Source of the DNA: the human T2T-CHM13v2.0 reference genome, Homo sapiens
Assembly: GCF_009914755.1 (NCBI RefSeq)
Contig: NC_060927.1
DNA length: 64,000 nt
Reading direction: 5' to 3' (one strand)
Position numbers and translations under genes: made by a program
Shown: positions 14,721-28,031 of the stretch, in pieces
Layout: each line of letters starts with the position of its first letter
How positions within the stretch are numbered: the stretch's first letter is position 1
The notes under the pieces: model-generated
The model's database searches: none
Told to the model about the DNA's origin: nothing
The model's input: only the letters and a program-made list of their open reading frames with translations

Positions 14721-15645
14721 TTATTACCATTCTCATAAGAAAAAGTAAATGATATCCTATCATATTTATTTTCATATGAGTAACAAATGATGTAAATGGC
14801 AATTATCTCTTCAGGAGACAGAACACTGTGTTTCATTCTATCTGAATTGAAGGAGACAGTGTCCTAGACCTGACTCAGCTATTGAATTCTCTCTAAGGAT
14901 AAGAAAAAAAAATAATTGTGTTTCCCTATGTGCCAGCTTTCTGTCCTAATAATACCTGTCCTATCTACCTTTCAAGGTTGTACTGTAACAAGGAGCTGGT
15001 GTAATAAGCTACTTTGAAAAACATAAGAAAAGTGAAAGATATTATTATTAATGATCATTTATGAAGAGGTAGTAATTAACATGTAATATTATTATGTAGT
15101 AGACATTTAGCCTATAATAATGGCATAAGTTAGTATCAGAAATTATTTTATAATAGAAGTTAGATTTTAATAAATGTTTTGGCTGAATGGCTTCTATTTT
15201 CCTAAGATTTCTAAAGTTACAAGAATTAAGAGATCCTAGTCTTCCATGTTCTCTTTGATTCCTTTTAAAAGAGACAATGCGTGATGTGTAGTAATGAAGT
15301 ACTATACCACTGACAGAATTTAGTTATTTAATTTAGTACTTAAATATTTTTATTAAATTTTAAGCCAGAATGTGGGAAAGCATATAGGAAAACCTTAGGT
15401 ATTCTGCTTTCTGTAATAACCCCAATAGCTTTCTCTAGCTTCTAGAAAGGCCCAACTTGTCACACTTAAACTTCCAAGTCCAGTGTGTTCTTGTTCTCCA
15501 GCTTTCCAAAACTGCTCTGGGCTCCACGTCCCAGAACACAGAGAACTTCTTCACCTTCTATTTTTGGTCCTGAACCAATGAGCGAGGAGACATCAAAGAG
15601 CCTATAAATCCCTTCCTCTTGGTCCCCAATGACAGATGACAGTAA

Positions 15646-15956
<311 letters not shown>

Positions 15957-16133
15957 CAGTAAGTCACTTCTAAAGGGAAGAAACAATTTATTTTGTTTTG
16001 TTTTTTTTCAGTAAGAACATATTATCATATTATATCATGATATAATATAAAATCCCTTCCAATAAACCAATAGCCAAAATTCCATCATATGGCAGAGTCT
16101 GAAATCAAGTCTTCATATAATTCAATTCACCAC

Positions 16134-16700
16134 TGTGATGGTTAATATTAGATGTCAACTTGATTGGATTGAAGAGTGCCTAGATAGCTGGTAAAGTATT
16201 ATTCTGGGTGTGGCTGTGACGGTGTTGCCAGAGGAGACTGACATTTGAGTCAGTGGACTGGAGAGGAAGACTCCCCCTCAGTGTGGGTAGGCACCATCCA
16301 ATCAAAACAACTAGAACAAAGCAGGTAGAAGAAGGTGGGTTAAGCTGGCTTGCTGAGTCTTCTGGCTTTCTTCTTTCTCCTGTGCTGAATGCTTCCTTCC
16401 GCTCCTCCTGCCTTTGGACATCAGAATCCAGGTTCTTCAGCCTTTGGACTCTTGGAGTTACACCACTGGTTTGCCAGGGGCTCTTGGGTCTTCAGCCACA
16501 GACTGAAGGCTGTACTGTCAGCTTCCCTGCTTTTGAGGCTTTTGGACTTGGACTGAGCCACTACTCTTCCCCAGCTTGCAGACAGCTTATTGTGGGACTT
16601 TGTCTTGTGATGGTGTGAGCCAGTTCTCCCTAAAAGACTCCCCATCATATATGCATATATCCTATTAGTTCTGTCCCTCTGGAGAACCCTGACTGATAAA
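16134..16700 (+). mobile_element. MLT2A2-like HERV-L solo LTR
   Basis: tgtgatggttaatattagatgtcaacttgattggattg... to cctattagttctgtccctctggagaaccctgact. Confidence 0.85.
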
Positions 16701-17661
16701 CCAACTACATCAAATGTATCAGTGTAATCAATCTACATAAATGCAAAATATATATACAGCAAACATTTAGTAATGGTTTACTAGGTGTCAAAAACTATTT
16801 TTTTTTTTAAAGTTTTGCAGATGATGAAACTGAGGCCCAGGACCACTTGCCCAAAGTCACACAACTTACAAGTTGCAGAGATGGAACTCAAATAAAGATT
16901 AGCTTAATCCTTACGTATGTTTCATACTAGTTTTTAACTCTGATTTGGGAAACTGATTGCCTGACACGGAAAGATATTTATTTCTACCGTAAGTAGATTA
17001 TATCCTCCACCTTGCCAACAGAGCAAGGACACAGGCACTGAATAAACTGTCTGAACCAAAAAGCTGTCTGAATATCCACTTCTAAGTTTTAATTGGTGAG
17101 AGTATCAGTATTTCATTGAGCTGTCGGGAATCTGGCAGTTATTCCATAGGATTTTGAGACTGTCAGAAAGATAACAGTAAAGGCTATTCCACAACAAGGA
17201 GAAAAATGTGAGTACATTATGTAGGTTCTCAATACAATAATAAGTGAATACACAAGAGAAGGTAAAAAAACAGGCACCAAGAATACATACATGGATTCTG
17301 ATTCTAGTGATGACCATGTAGCTCCTAACAGGCAATGCCCTTACGTAAATAGAAATATAAAAACAAGTATCTAGAGGCACTGGAAAGTGATGAAGGTGAT
17401 ACTGGAGGAGAATTATCCCTTGCAAGAAGGGAAGGGTACTGGATGAATTTCCTGATCTTTTACAACCTTCAGCCTGATGCTAAGTTTTGGTCTGTTCCTT
17501 GCTGGCTAAATTCAGACAGAACACCTGTAGTCTTATTGGCTTGAGGTACCAGAGGACAAAGTTTAGAGAAACGAGAGATGTGGGAAAACAATGGAGAAAA
17601 TTCCAAAAAGAAGAGATTCAGAAAATGGAAGCACCCATTTCTGCGTATACATTCTGCCCAA

Positions 17662-17945
17662 TAAGGCAGGAACCGAAAACCAAATATGCATGTTCTCACT
17701 TATAAGTGGGAGCTAAATGACGAGAACCCATGGGCACACAGAGGGGAACAACACACACTAAGGCCTATTGGAGAATGAAGGGAGAAGATCAGGAAAAATA
17801 ACTAATGGGTACTAGGCTTAATGCCTGGGTGATGAAATAATCTCTACGACAAACCCCCATGACACAAGCTTACCTATATAACAAACCTGCACATGTACCC
17901 CTGAACTTAAAATGAAAGTTTAAAAACAAAACAAAACAAAAAAAC
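17662..17945 (+). mobile_element. 5'-truncated L1PA15/16-like 3' end
   Basis: catgttctcacttataagtgggagctaaatg...catgtacccctgaacttaaa, A-rich tail, TSD ttctgcccaa (17652-17661 / 17946-17955). Confidence 0.85.
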
Positions 17946-18371
17946 TTCTGCCCAAATTGATACCTGAACTGTGCACGAGTAGGGAAGACTCCAAGTAGCC
18001 CACGTGAGGCTAAAAAAAGGCGCAAATTAACATTTTAGCTGTAAGCCACTGCAGAGAGGACAAACTTATCAAGTTGAGTTTAGTCAAGTTAAGCACTACT
18101 TGAAAAAAAAAAAAACAAAAAAACTAATACTCTTCAGAGAGAGACAACAGAATGCAGAATCTCTATGATATTATTCACAACGTTTCCAATCCTATCTTAA
18201 ATTACTCAACATATGAAGAAATTAAAAACATTATCCAGGAAGAGAAAAAAAACAATCTACAGGGACCAACCTCAAGATGACCCAGATGTCAAGGTTTATT
18301 TTTTAAATGCTTATAATGAGTAAAAAGAAAGAAAATCTCAGCAGAGAAATAGAACTTTAAAAATGAACCCA

Positions 18372-18655
18372 GGCTGGGCATGATGGCTCACGCCTGTAAT
18401 TCCCTTGCAAGAAGGGAGGCCCACGCAGGCAGATCACTTGGGCTCAGGAGTTAGAGACCAGCCTGGGCAACATGGTGAAACCCCATCTCTACAAAAAATA
18501 CAAAAAAAATAGCCGGGCATGGTGGCATGAGCCTGTGGTCTCAGCTAATTGGGAGAATTGCTCGAACCCTGGAGGTGGAGGTTGCGGTGGGCCAAGATGG
18601 CGCCACTGCACTCCAGCCTGCACAAAGAGCAAAACCCTGTCTCAAAATAAGAATA
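18372..18655 (+). mobile_element. AluJ carrying a non-Alu 17-bp patch
   Basis: Dimer; TSD aaaaatgaacc(c/t)a; patch at 18401-18417. Confidence 0.9.
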
Positions 18656-18683
18656 AAAATGAACCTAACATAAAGTCCATAAC

Positions 18684-19075
18684 TGTGTTAGGCCATTCTT
18701 GCATTACTATAAAGAAATATCTGGGACTGGGTAATTTATTTAAAAAAGAGGTTTGACTGGCTCTTGTTTCCGCAGGATTTACAGGAAGCATGGTGCCAGC
18801 ATCAGCTTCTGCTAAGGGCTTCAGGAAGCTTACAATCATGAAGCTGGAGGAGGCATCTCACCTGGCAAGAGCGGGAGAGAGAGAGAGGGAGGTGCCAGAC
18901 ACTTTTAAACAACCAGATCTCCCTTGAACTTACTCATCACCAAGGGCATGGCACTAAGCCTTTCATGAGTGATATGTCCTCACGATGCAAACACCTCCCA
19001 CCAGGCCCCACTGCCAACACTGCAGATTACATTTCAAAATAAGATTTGGCAGGTACACAGGTCCAAACCATATCA
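18684..19075 (-). mobile_element. MST-family MaLR solo LTR
   Basis: TG..CA ends, exact 5-bp TSD ATAAC (18679-18683 / 19076-19080). Confidence 0.88.
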
Positions 19076-19598
19076 ATAACTGAAAAACATAATATCTGAA
19101 ATAAACTGTTAGAGCCTAGCATATTGGAGATGACAGAACAAAGAGTAAGTAAATTTTAAATTGATTAATAGAAATTTTCCAAGCTGAAGAACACAGATGA
19201 AAACTACTAGAAAAAAAATTAAAATACAGAGCCTCGGGGACCTGTGGGACAATATAAAACTATTTAACATACATGTGATTTGAGTCCCCGAATGAAAGAA
19301 AAGAACAGAGAAAACATCTTTAGGGTAATAATAACTAAAATTTCTCCAAATTTTATAAAAGACAAATAAACAGATTCAGAAATGCCAGCAAACCAAAAGC
19401 CATATTCGATGAAAACCACACCTAGGCAGATCATTGCTGAAGACCAAGATTAAAGAGAAAATCTTTAAAGCAGCTAGAGCAAGATGATATATTACCTATA
19501 GGAAAACAATTTGAATTATTGCTGACTTCTAATCAGAAACAATGGAGGCCATAAGACATTATCTTTAAAGTGCTAAAAGCTTTTGTAAAAAAATCCAG

Positions 19599-19907
<309 letters not shown>

Positions 19908-19955
19908 GAATTTCAGAATTTGAATCCAGCAAAAGATTATTTAAGACAAGTGGTG

Positions 19956-20259
19956 GGCCGGGCGCGGTGGCTAATGCCTGTAATCCCAGCACTTTGGGAG
20001 GCCGGGGCAGGTGGATCACGAGGTCAGGAGATCAAGATCATCCTGGCTAACACGGTGAAACCCCGTCTCTACTAAAAATACAAAAAATTAGCCGGGCGTG
20101 GTGGCGGGTGCCTGTAGTCCCAGCTACTGGGAAGGCTGAGGCAGGAGAATGGCGTGAACCTGTGGGGCGGAGCTTGCAGCAAGCCGAGATCGCGCCACTG
20201 CACTCCAGCCTGGGCGACAGAGCGGGACTCTGTCTCAGGAAAAAAAAAAAAAAAGAAAA
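19956..20259 (+). mobile_element. AluY
   Basis: Y diagnostics (catcctggctaacacggtg, aatggcgtgaacc, ggagcttgcag); exact TSD aagacaagtggtg. Confidence 0.96.
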
Positions 20260-20406
20260 AAGACAAGTGGTGAAATAAAGACATTTCAAATAGATGAAAA
20301 AATTTCCAAAGAAATATAGAAACTTTGACACATGATCAAACCTAAGAACTTGTCTCTAAAAGAACCATTCGGTTAAAAAAAGATAAAACTTAAGAACTAA
20401 AGTCAA

Positions 20407-20480
20407 TTCTTTGTTTGTTTTTCGTTTTGAGATGGAGTCGCGCTCTGTTGCCCAGGCTGGAGTGCTGTGGCATGATCTCT
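20407..20480 (-). mobile_element. Alu 3'-end fragment (tail plus about 50 bp)
   Basis: ttttgagatggagtcgcgctctgttgcccaggctggagtgc. Confidence 0.9.
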
Positions 20481-20488
20481 GGTCAGGC

Positions 20489-20721
20489 TTGTAATCCCAG
20501 CACTTTTGGAGGTTGAGGCAGGCAGATCACTTGAGGTCAGGAGTTTGGATTAGCCTGGCCAACATGGTGAAACCCCGTCTCTACTAAAAATACAAAGATT
20601 AGCCAGCAGTGGTGACAAGTGCCTGTAACCCCAGCTGTGTGGGAGGCTGAGGCAGGAGAATCGCTTGAACCTGGGAGGCAGAGTTTGCAGTGAGCCGAGA
20701 TTGTGCCACTGCACTCCAGCC
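20489..20721 (+). mobile_element. AluS lacking its first ~25 bp and its 3' end and tail
   Basis: tgtaatcccagcac...gccactgcactccagcc, then runs directly into the minisatellite. Confidence 0.92.
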
Positions 20722-21940
20722 ATATATATATATGCACTCCATATACATATATAAATATATATGCACTCCATATATATATATAAATATATATGCACTCCAT
20801 ATATATATATAAATATATATGCACTCCATATATATATATAAATATATATGCACTCCATATATATATATGCACTCCATATATATATAAATATATATGCACT
20901 CCATATATATATGTAAATATATATGCACTCCATATATATATATGTAAATATATGTGCACTCCATATATATATGTAAATATATATGCACTCCATATATATA
21001 TGTAAATATATATGCACTCCATATATATGTAAATATATATGCACTCCATATATATGTAAATATATATGCACTCCATATATATGTAAATATATATGCACTC
21101 CATATATATATGTAAATATATATGCACTCCATATATATATGTAAATATATATGCACTCCATATATATATGTAAATATATATGCACTCCATATATATGTAA
21201 ATATATATGCACTCCATATATATGTAAATATATATGCACTCCATATATATGTAAATATATATGCACTCCATATATATGTAAATATATATGCACTCCATAT
21301 ATATGTAAATATATATGCACTCCATATATATGTAAATATATATGCACTCCATATATATGTAAATATATATGCACTCCATATATATGTAAATATATATGCA
21401 CTCCATATATATGTAAATATATATGCACTCCATATATATGTAAATATATATGCACTCCATATATATGTAAATATATATGCACTCCATATATATGTAAATA
21501 TATATGCACTCCATATATATGTAAATATATATGCACTCCATATATATGTAAATATATATGCACTCCATATATATGTAAATATATATGCACTCCATATATA
21601 TGTAAATATATATGCACTCCATATATATGTAAATATATATGCACTCCATATATATGTAAATATATATGCACTCCATATATATGTAAATATATATGCACTC
21701 CATATATATGTAAATATATATGCACTCCATATATATGTAAATATATATGCACTCCATATATATGTAAATATATATGCACTCCATATATATGTAAATATAT
21801 ATGCACTCCATATATATGTAAATATATATGCACTCCATATATATGTAAATATATATGCACTCCATATATATGTAAATATATATGCACTCCATATATATGT
21901 AAATATATATGCACTCCATATATATGTATATATATATGTA
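20722..21940. repeat. Minisatellite/VNTR, 27-bp unit ATATATATGCACTCCATATATATGTAA, about 44 units
   Basis: Seen directly; about 28 consecutive identical units at about 21166-21921 (9-aa periodicity in the ORF track); mostly 27-31 bp variants upstream. Confidence 0.98.
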
Positions 21941-24095
21941 ATAATATGATGATAGCAAAAATAATGGCGATAGAGTGATAAATGTTACACTGGTCTTCCC
22001 ATACATTTTACATAAAATGAAACAATATAAAGTCTAAGTAGATTGTGAAAAGTTAAGAATGTCACATTGTAATCCCTGAAGAAACTCTAAGAAATGGAAA
22101 GAGATAGCTAATAAGTCAACAGATAGATTGAGATGGAATTTAAAAAATATCCAGTTAATTCAATAAAAGGCAAGAAAGAAAATCCAGAGGAACGAAAATC
22201 AGAGTGGGCAAAGAGAAAAGAAATGGCAGAACAGTAGACCTGAATTGAACTATATTAGTTAACTAAATGTAAATGGATGAAATAATCCGATTAAAAGGCA
22301 GAGCTTGTCAGAATGGATTAAAAAAATATATCCAACCATATGCTGTCTATAGTAGACACATTTTAAATAATAATAAGAGAGAGATAAGGTAAAATTAACA
22401 GATCAGAAAGCTACATCCTGCAAACTGTAAGCCTTTTAAAAGGTTGGAGTAAGTATATTAACATTAGACAAAGTAGACATCAAGGCAAAAAGTATTATCA
22501 GAGATAAATAGGAATATTTCATGATGGTAAAGGGTCCATTCATCAGGAAGGCATAACAAATGTAAATGTAAATATGTCTAATAATAGTACATCAAAATAC
22601 ATGAAGTAAAAATTAACAGGATTAAAGAGGGAAATAGAGAAATCCACAATTCTTATTTTAATTTTCCTCTTGCAGCAATTGATAAAACAACTACACACAC
22701 ACAAAAAATCAGTAAAGATATGGAAGATTTGAACATAGTATCAACTCTTGACCCAGTTGACATTTATAGAACACTTCACCCAACAAGGGCAGAATATACA
22801 TTCTTTTCAAGTATGCATGATCATTATTAATACATGCACCCACAGCCATTTGGTGGCCCAGAGCATGAATCTCAACAAATTTAAAAGAATTAAAATCATT
22901 CATAGTGTGTTCTCTGACCAAACAGAAATCAAATCAGAAATAAGTTTAAAAAAAAATATATATATATATAACTCAAATCCTTGGAAATGAAACAGCACAC
23001 TTCTAGATAAGTTAATGATCAAAGAAAAAGTTATAAAGAAAATTGAAACATAATTTTAACTAAATGATAAAGATACAATATGTCAAAATATGTGGGGGGC
23101 GGGCAGCAAAAGCAATGAATGCTTCACGGAAGATTTATAGCTTCAAAATATTACATGAGAAGAAATAAAGGCTTAAAATCAATGATCTAAGTTTTCAGTT
23201 AATAAATTAGAAAAAGAAGAACAAAGTAATGTCAAAGTAAGTAAGATGAAGAAAATCATAAAAGTTGGAAGTCAATGAAACAGAAAACATACACGTAATT
23301 GGGAAAATCAACAAACCCAAATCTTTAACTAGAAAGATATGTGTATGTATAAAGAGAGAATATGAATTACCAGTACCAGGAATATTATTCTAGAATAACC
23401 AGGAGAAGTTATTCTATAGACATTGAAAGGATAATCAAGAAATTATAAATAACTTAATCCATGAAATTAAAAAAAATTAAGTAAAATAGACAAGTTCTTT
23501 GAAAAACGTAACTTACTAGAACTGAAAAAATATGAAACAGAAAATTTGAATATCTCTATTTCTATTAAAGACATTGATTAGTTGTGAGAAAACTTTCTAT
23601 ACAGAAAACTCCAAACCCAGATAGTTTTATTAGTAAATTCTATCTATTAAAGAAATAATACCAATAATGCACAAATTCTTTTAGAAAATAAAGTAGAAAG
23701 AATATTTTTAAACACATAAGGCTAGTATAATCCTGTCATCAAAATCTGACAAAGATATTACAAAGAGAAAAACATATCTCATGAACATAGATTTAAAGTC
23801 CTTAACAAAATCTTAGCAAAGTGAATCCAGCAGCATATAAAATAAATGCTCTATCTTGACCTAGCAGGGATTATTCTAGGAAGTCAAGGTTGGCTTAACA
23901 TTTAAAAAAATCAATTACTGTCATTTGTCAAATAGACAGAATTAAGTGAACTGGCTTTTCTATATGACAAAACATTATATACTAATTTAAAAATATCATA
24001 TTTTCTCTCAGTTTATTATCCTGAAGAGATTTGGGATGGTGGGGGGAGGGCAAAAAGGGGAAAAGGGGGAAAAACTAATAAAGTAAAATATATAC

Positions 24096-24518
24096 TGCTA
24101 TAGTTCGGATGTGTGTCCCTGCCAAAATCTCATATTGAAATGTAATCCCCAGTGTTGGAGGTGGGGCCTGGTAGGAGGTAATTGGATACTGGGGGTGGAT
24201 TTCTCATGAATGGCTTAGCGCCATCGCTCATAGTACTGTCCTCGTGATAGTGAGTTCTTGTGAGATCTGGTCGCTTAAACTTGTGTGGCTGTCCCCCTCA
24301 CTCTGTTGCTCCTGCTCTGACCATGTGAAATGTCTGTTCCTCTTTTGACTTCTGCCATGATTATCAGTTTCCTGAGGCCTCCCCAGAAGCTCAGCAGATG
24401 CTGGTACCATGCTTCCTATACAGCCTGCAGAACCATGAGCCGATTAAACCTCTTTTGTTTATAAATTACCTAGTCTCAGGTATTTCTTTATAGCAGGGTG
24501 AGAATAGACTAACATACA
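24096..24518 (+). mobile_element. MSTA/MSTB MaLR solo LTR
   Basis: tgctatagttcggatgtgtgtccc...ctcaggtatttctttatagc...gactaa. Confidence 0.88.
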
Positions 24519-24919
24519 TATGGAATAAAGGCTTATGAGTTACTGGTTTATTATTATTACTGTTGTTAACCTTTCAATAATTTGTGCTTGGAGGAGCTGC
24601 CCCTCTATGTAGCTCAGGTACATTTTTTTTTTTTTTGGCAATTCTGGGAACAATCATTTCTAAAGAATCTGAAATGGTTTGCACATAATTGCTTGAATGT
24701 CACCACTGAAATCAGTATTTTTAAAAAATATTTATTTTCATTGAAGTTCACAAAGAAGGAATTTAAATGTTCCAAAATTAAGGGCTGATGTTGATACAGA
24801 GAAAGACAGCAACATTTCCATAGTATTGTATGAACAAATGAGATTCAATTCTCAGAGGATTTCATCCTGTCTTATCAGGTACTACTGGTTAATAGACCAG
24901 AGAAAATAATGATACCTGT

Positions 24920-25160
24920 TAATTTATTCAGGGCTTATTATTCACTGGGCACTAATCTGAGTGCTAGATATGCACTACCTAATTTCATTTTGCTATATTC
25001 TGATAACCCTAATGCTATTACATAAGCATTGCACATAAGTATTGTACAACACATTGTACATAGGAAGAAACTGAGGCACAAAGAAGTTTAATACCTTACC
25101 CACAGTCACACAGCAAGTAAGACGGCAGAGCCAGGATTTGAATCTAGGTAGCTGGCTGCA
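24920..25160 (-). mobile_element. MIR
   Basis: gaagaaactgaggcacaaagaagtttaa...gtcacacagcaagtaagacggcagagccaggatttgaa. Confidence 0.8.
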
Positions 25161-25210
25161 AGCCTGTAGTGAAAATTGTTTAGATGTGACTCTCAAAAAC
25201 TTTTTTTAAA

Positions 25211-25309
25211 TCTGATATTCATATGTCTGTGGGTACATTTAATATGCTTCACCCCAAATATCTGATATTCATATGTCTTTGGTACATTTAATATGTTTCA
25301 CCCCAAATT
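25211..25309. repeat. Two-copy ~50-bp tandem duplication
   Basis: tctgatattcatatgtct...caccccaaat twice with a few differences. Confidence 0.92.
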
Positions 25310-25320
25310 GTAAAGACTAA

Positions 25321-25627
<307 letters not shown>

Positions 25628-26369
25628 TGAAGTACATTTTTATAATTACAAGAGTCTATAAAACAAATAATTTAAACCTATTCATCCAAATATGTACTAG
25701 AGAATGAAATTAGCTCACACATTCCACAAAGGGTGTGGATAAAAGAATACTAAATGTAAGGTGAAATGCTTGAAGGAGGCAGAAATGATTGGAGACAGCC
25801 TCCTTGGGATGAAACTCAAAGAAATTCCATGAGAGGCATGGGTATATTAGAGCAGACACTCAATTTGCACGAGAGATAGGGGCTGAAACCTCCCAAACAC
25901 TTCTGAAAGCTATCTTACTCTATAATGCAGTAAAGATGACCAACATTTAAGGGTTCCTTCAGACACTTAAGGAGGGTTGCCAGACTCACGATATACTCAT
26001 TGCTAAGGCAGGGCTGGGGATACAGAAGAAAACAGAATCAGGACTTCAGCTCATGAGCAAGTTCCTTTCAAAGGCGTTCTGCTGCTTCCCAAAGCATCTC
26101 TAAAATGTTTACTTAGAGTCTTTTAGGCATCTGGGACATAATAGCTGGAATAAAAACACTAGGCGCATTCTAGTTTTTAGAACTACGGAGTATGAGTCAA
26201 GATTAAATATTAATATTACATTGTGTTTGTATCCAAATAAAATATTGAGATATGTTGTCAAGAGTTACTCTTCACCTATGATTTCTGCTCCTTCAGGTTT
26301 CAGGATGAATACAACTTCCTATTATTTTCCTTTGTAATCTTTGTTGAGGCTTGCAATTGCAGCATTATT

Positions 26370-26548
26370 TGCCTGCCTTATTAACTATTTATTTATTGTT
26401 TACCTCCTCTGCACCAGATGTCAGGAACTTTGCCAGTCTTACTCAGCACTGCATCCTCATAATGGTGTCTGAATCCCAGGGTAGTGCCTGGTGAAAAACA
26501 AGAGCTTAATGACTAAATGAATGAATATACAAATGAATGAATGAATGA
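26370..26548 (+). mobile_element. L2 3' end
   Basis: agtgcctgg...gagcttaat..aaatgaatgaatgaatga tail. Confidence 0.6.
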
Positions 26549-27054
26549 CGCAGAATTTAAATGTGGATGTAGGGTGATCAGTAAGCCTCAGTCACTAGGT
26601 AATTGACTCATACTCAAGTATTTGTTTTATAGCCTGTAGTATAATTCCACTAAGTGGCTCAGCAAAATTATAAGCATTTATATTCATATGCCCGCTATCT
26701 CTTGAATTGCTGAAACTAGAATTACCAAGTGTGCAAATTCTGAGAATCTCATGTGCAGCAAGTCAAATCCTAGTGCATATAAGAATTACCTGCCTGGGGA
26801 GCTTTCAAAATGTCATTTCCTAGCTTCCATCCTACCTGTGCTAAAATGACCAGTAGACAGAGAATTAGGGAATCTAGAACAAATCCTGACTCTGTAAAGA
26901 CTATATGAACCCGGGCATGGTATTTATCATTTTTTTGCCTTTCTGCAAAATGAGAAGAATAGATTAAATAAAGTTTGACTTTCTTTCTGTGTATGCAGGT
27001 CTGTATGCATTTGAGCCATGTGTTAGGCCTTATATTGAGTATAAAGAAATGAAA

Positions 27055-27347
27055 TTTATAGTTAAAGTCTAACTGGCACAAATAAAAGTATGTATTTACA
27101 GAGTGCAATGTGATATTTGATATATGTGTATACTGTAAAATGATTAAATCAAACTAACATATCTATCCACTTACATATATACATATAATGTTTTGTGGTG
27201 AGAAAAATTAAGATCTACTTTTTTGGCAATTTTCAAGTATCCAATTCGTTATTATTAACTATAATCCCCATGCTGTATAATTGATCTCCAGAGCATATTC
27301 ATCATGTCTAAATGAGGCTTTGTACCCTTTGACCAACATCTCCCCAT
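27055..27347 (-). mobile_element. L1MA 3' end
   Basis: ttttgtggtgagaaaaattaagatctact...gtaccctttgaccaacatctccccatt. Confidence 0.8.
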
Positions 27348-28031
27348 TGGAAGAAAATCATTTAAACGAAACAAAAATGAAATAAGAGTACCAAATGACA
27401 GTTGAGAGTTACCACCTTTCTTGGGCCCTAAGATGCACATCTTTCCTTCCATATTTAATGTTTTTGAAATTGAGATGCATCTAACAATTGAAATTAAAAA
27501 AAAAAAACTTTCAAAGAAGAGAAATAAATTGTGACATCATCATCTTCCCCTGCATATTAAGTAAATGGACCCATTTCTAGAAGGGACACCTCACGGTAGT
27601 CCTGTGAATCTTAACTGAACCTGGGGACACCTGACAGTTGCTTTATGCATTTGGAAAACATTTCAGGTGTTTTCTAAAATGATAATACTGTGAGGCAATC
27701 CTGAAACAAAAATATATCTGGTAAGCAGAGGACTGCTGGTAACACAGCAGGCAACACAAATAACATCAGGAGAATCTGCGAAATTTGTCAGGATAACTCA
27801 TGGAAATTCAAAGTGAAGAGAGGTTGGCCTTTTTGATTTATGTATCTTGAAAGGCTATTATGTATCTTGAAAGGCTACGTTGCTGAACACCTGCCCATCA
27901 GAAACCCTTGTCACTTTTAAGAGAAGCTAAATATGTAATTATGTTTAAGGAGAAGGCAAAATGATATGCTCAGTCAAATACAAAATGCAGAGGAAGCCTC
28001 AGTATGCTTTAATATATCTCAAGAGGAATCT

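Noticed and set aside
20722-21940. CRISPR-like look of short palindromic repeats
   Set aside because: Units abut directly with no unique spacers, no cas genes, primate context
20537-22006. ORFs of 185-489 aa ([36 protein letters not shown] repeats)
   Set aside because: Artefact of a 27-bp (multiple of 3) unit that is stop-free in several frames on both strands; ends run into Alu sequence; no promoter or splice support
27420-27950. Possible Tc2/Kanga (MER104-like) DNA transposon fragment
   Set aside because: Only about 60 bp resemble the recalled terminus; boundaries cannot be supported, so not listed as a feature
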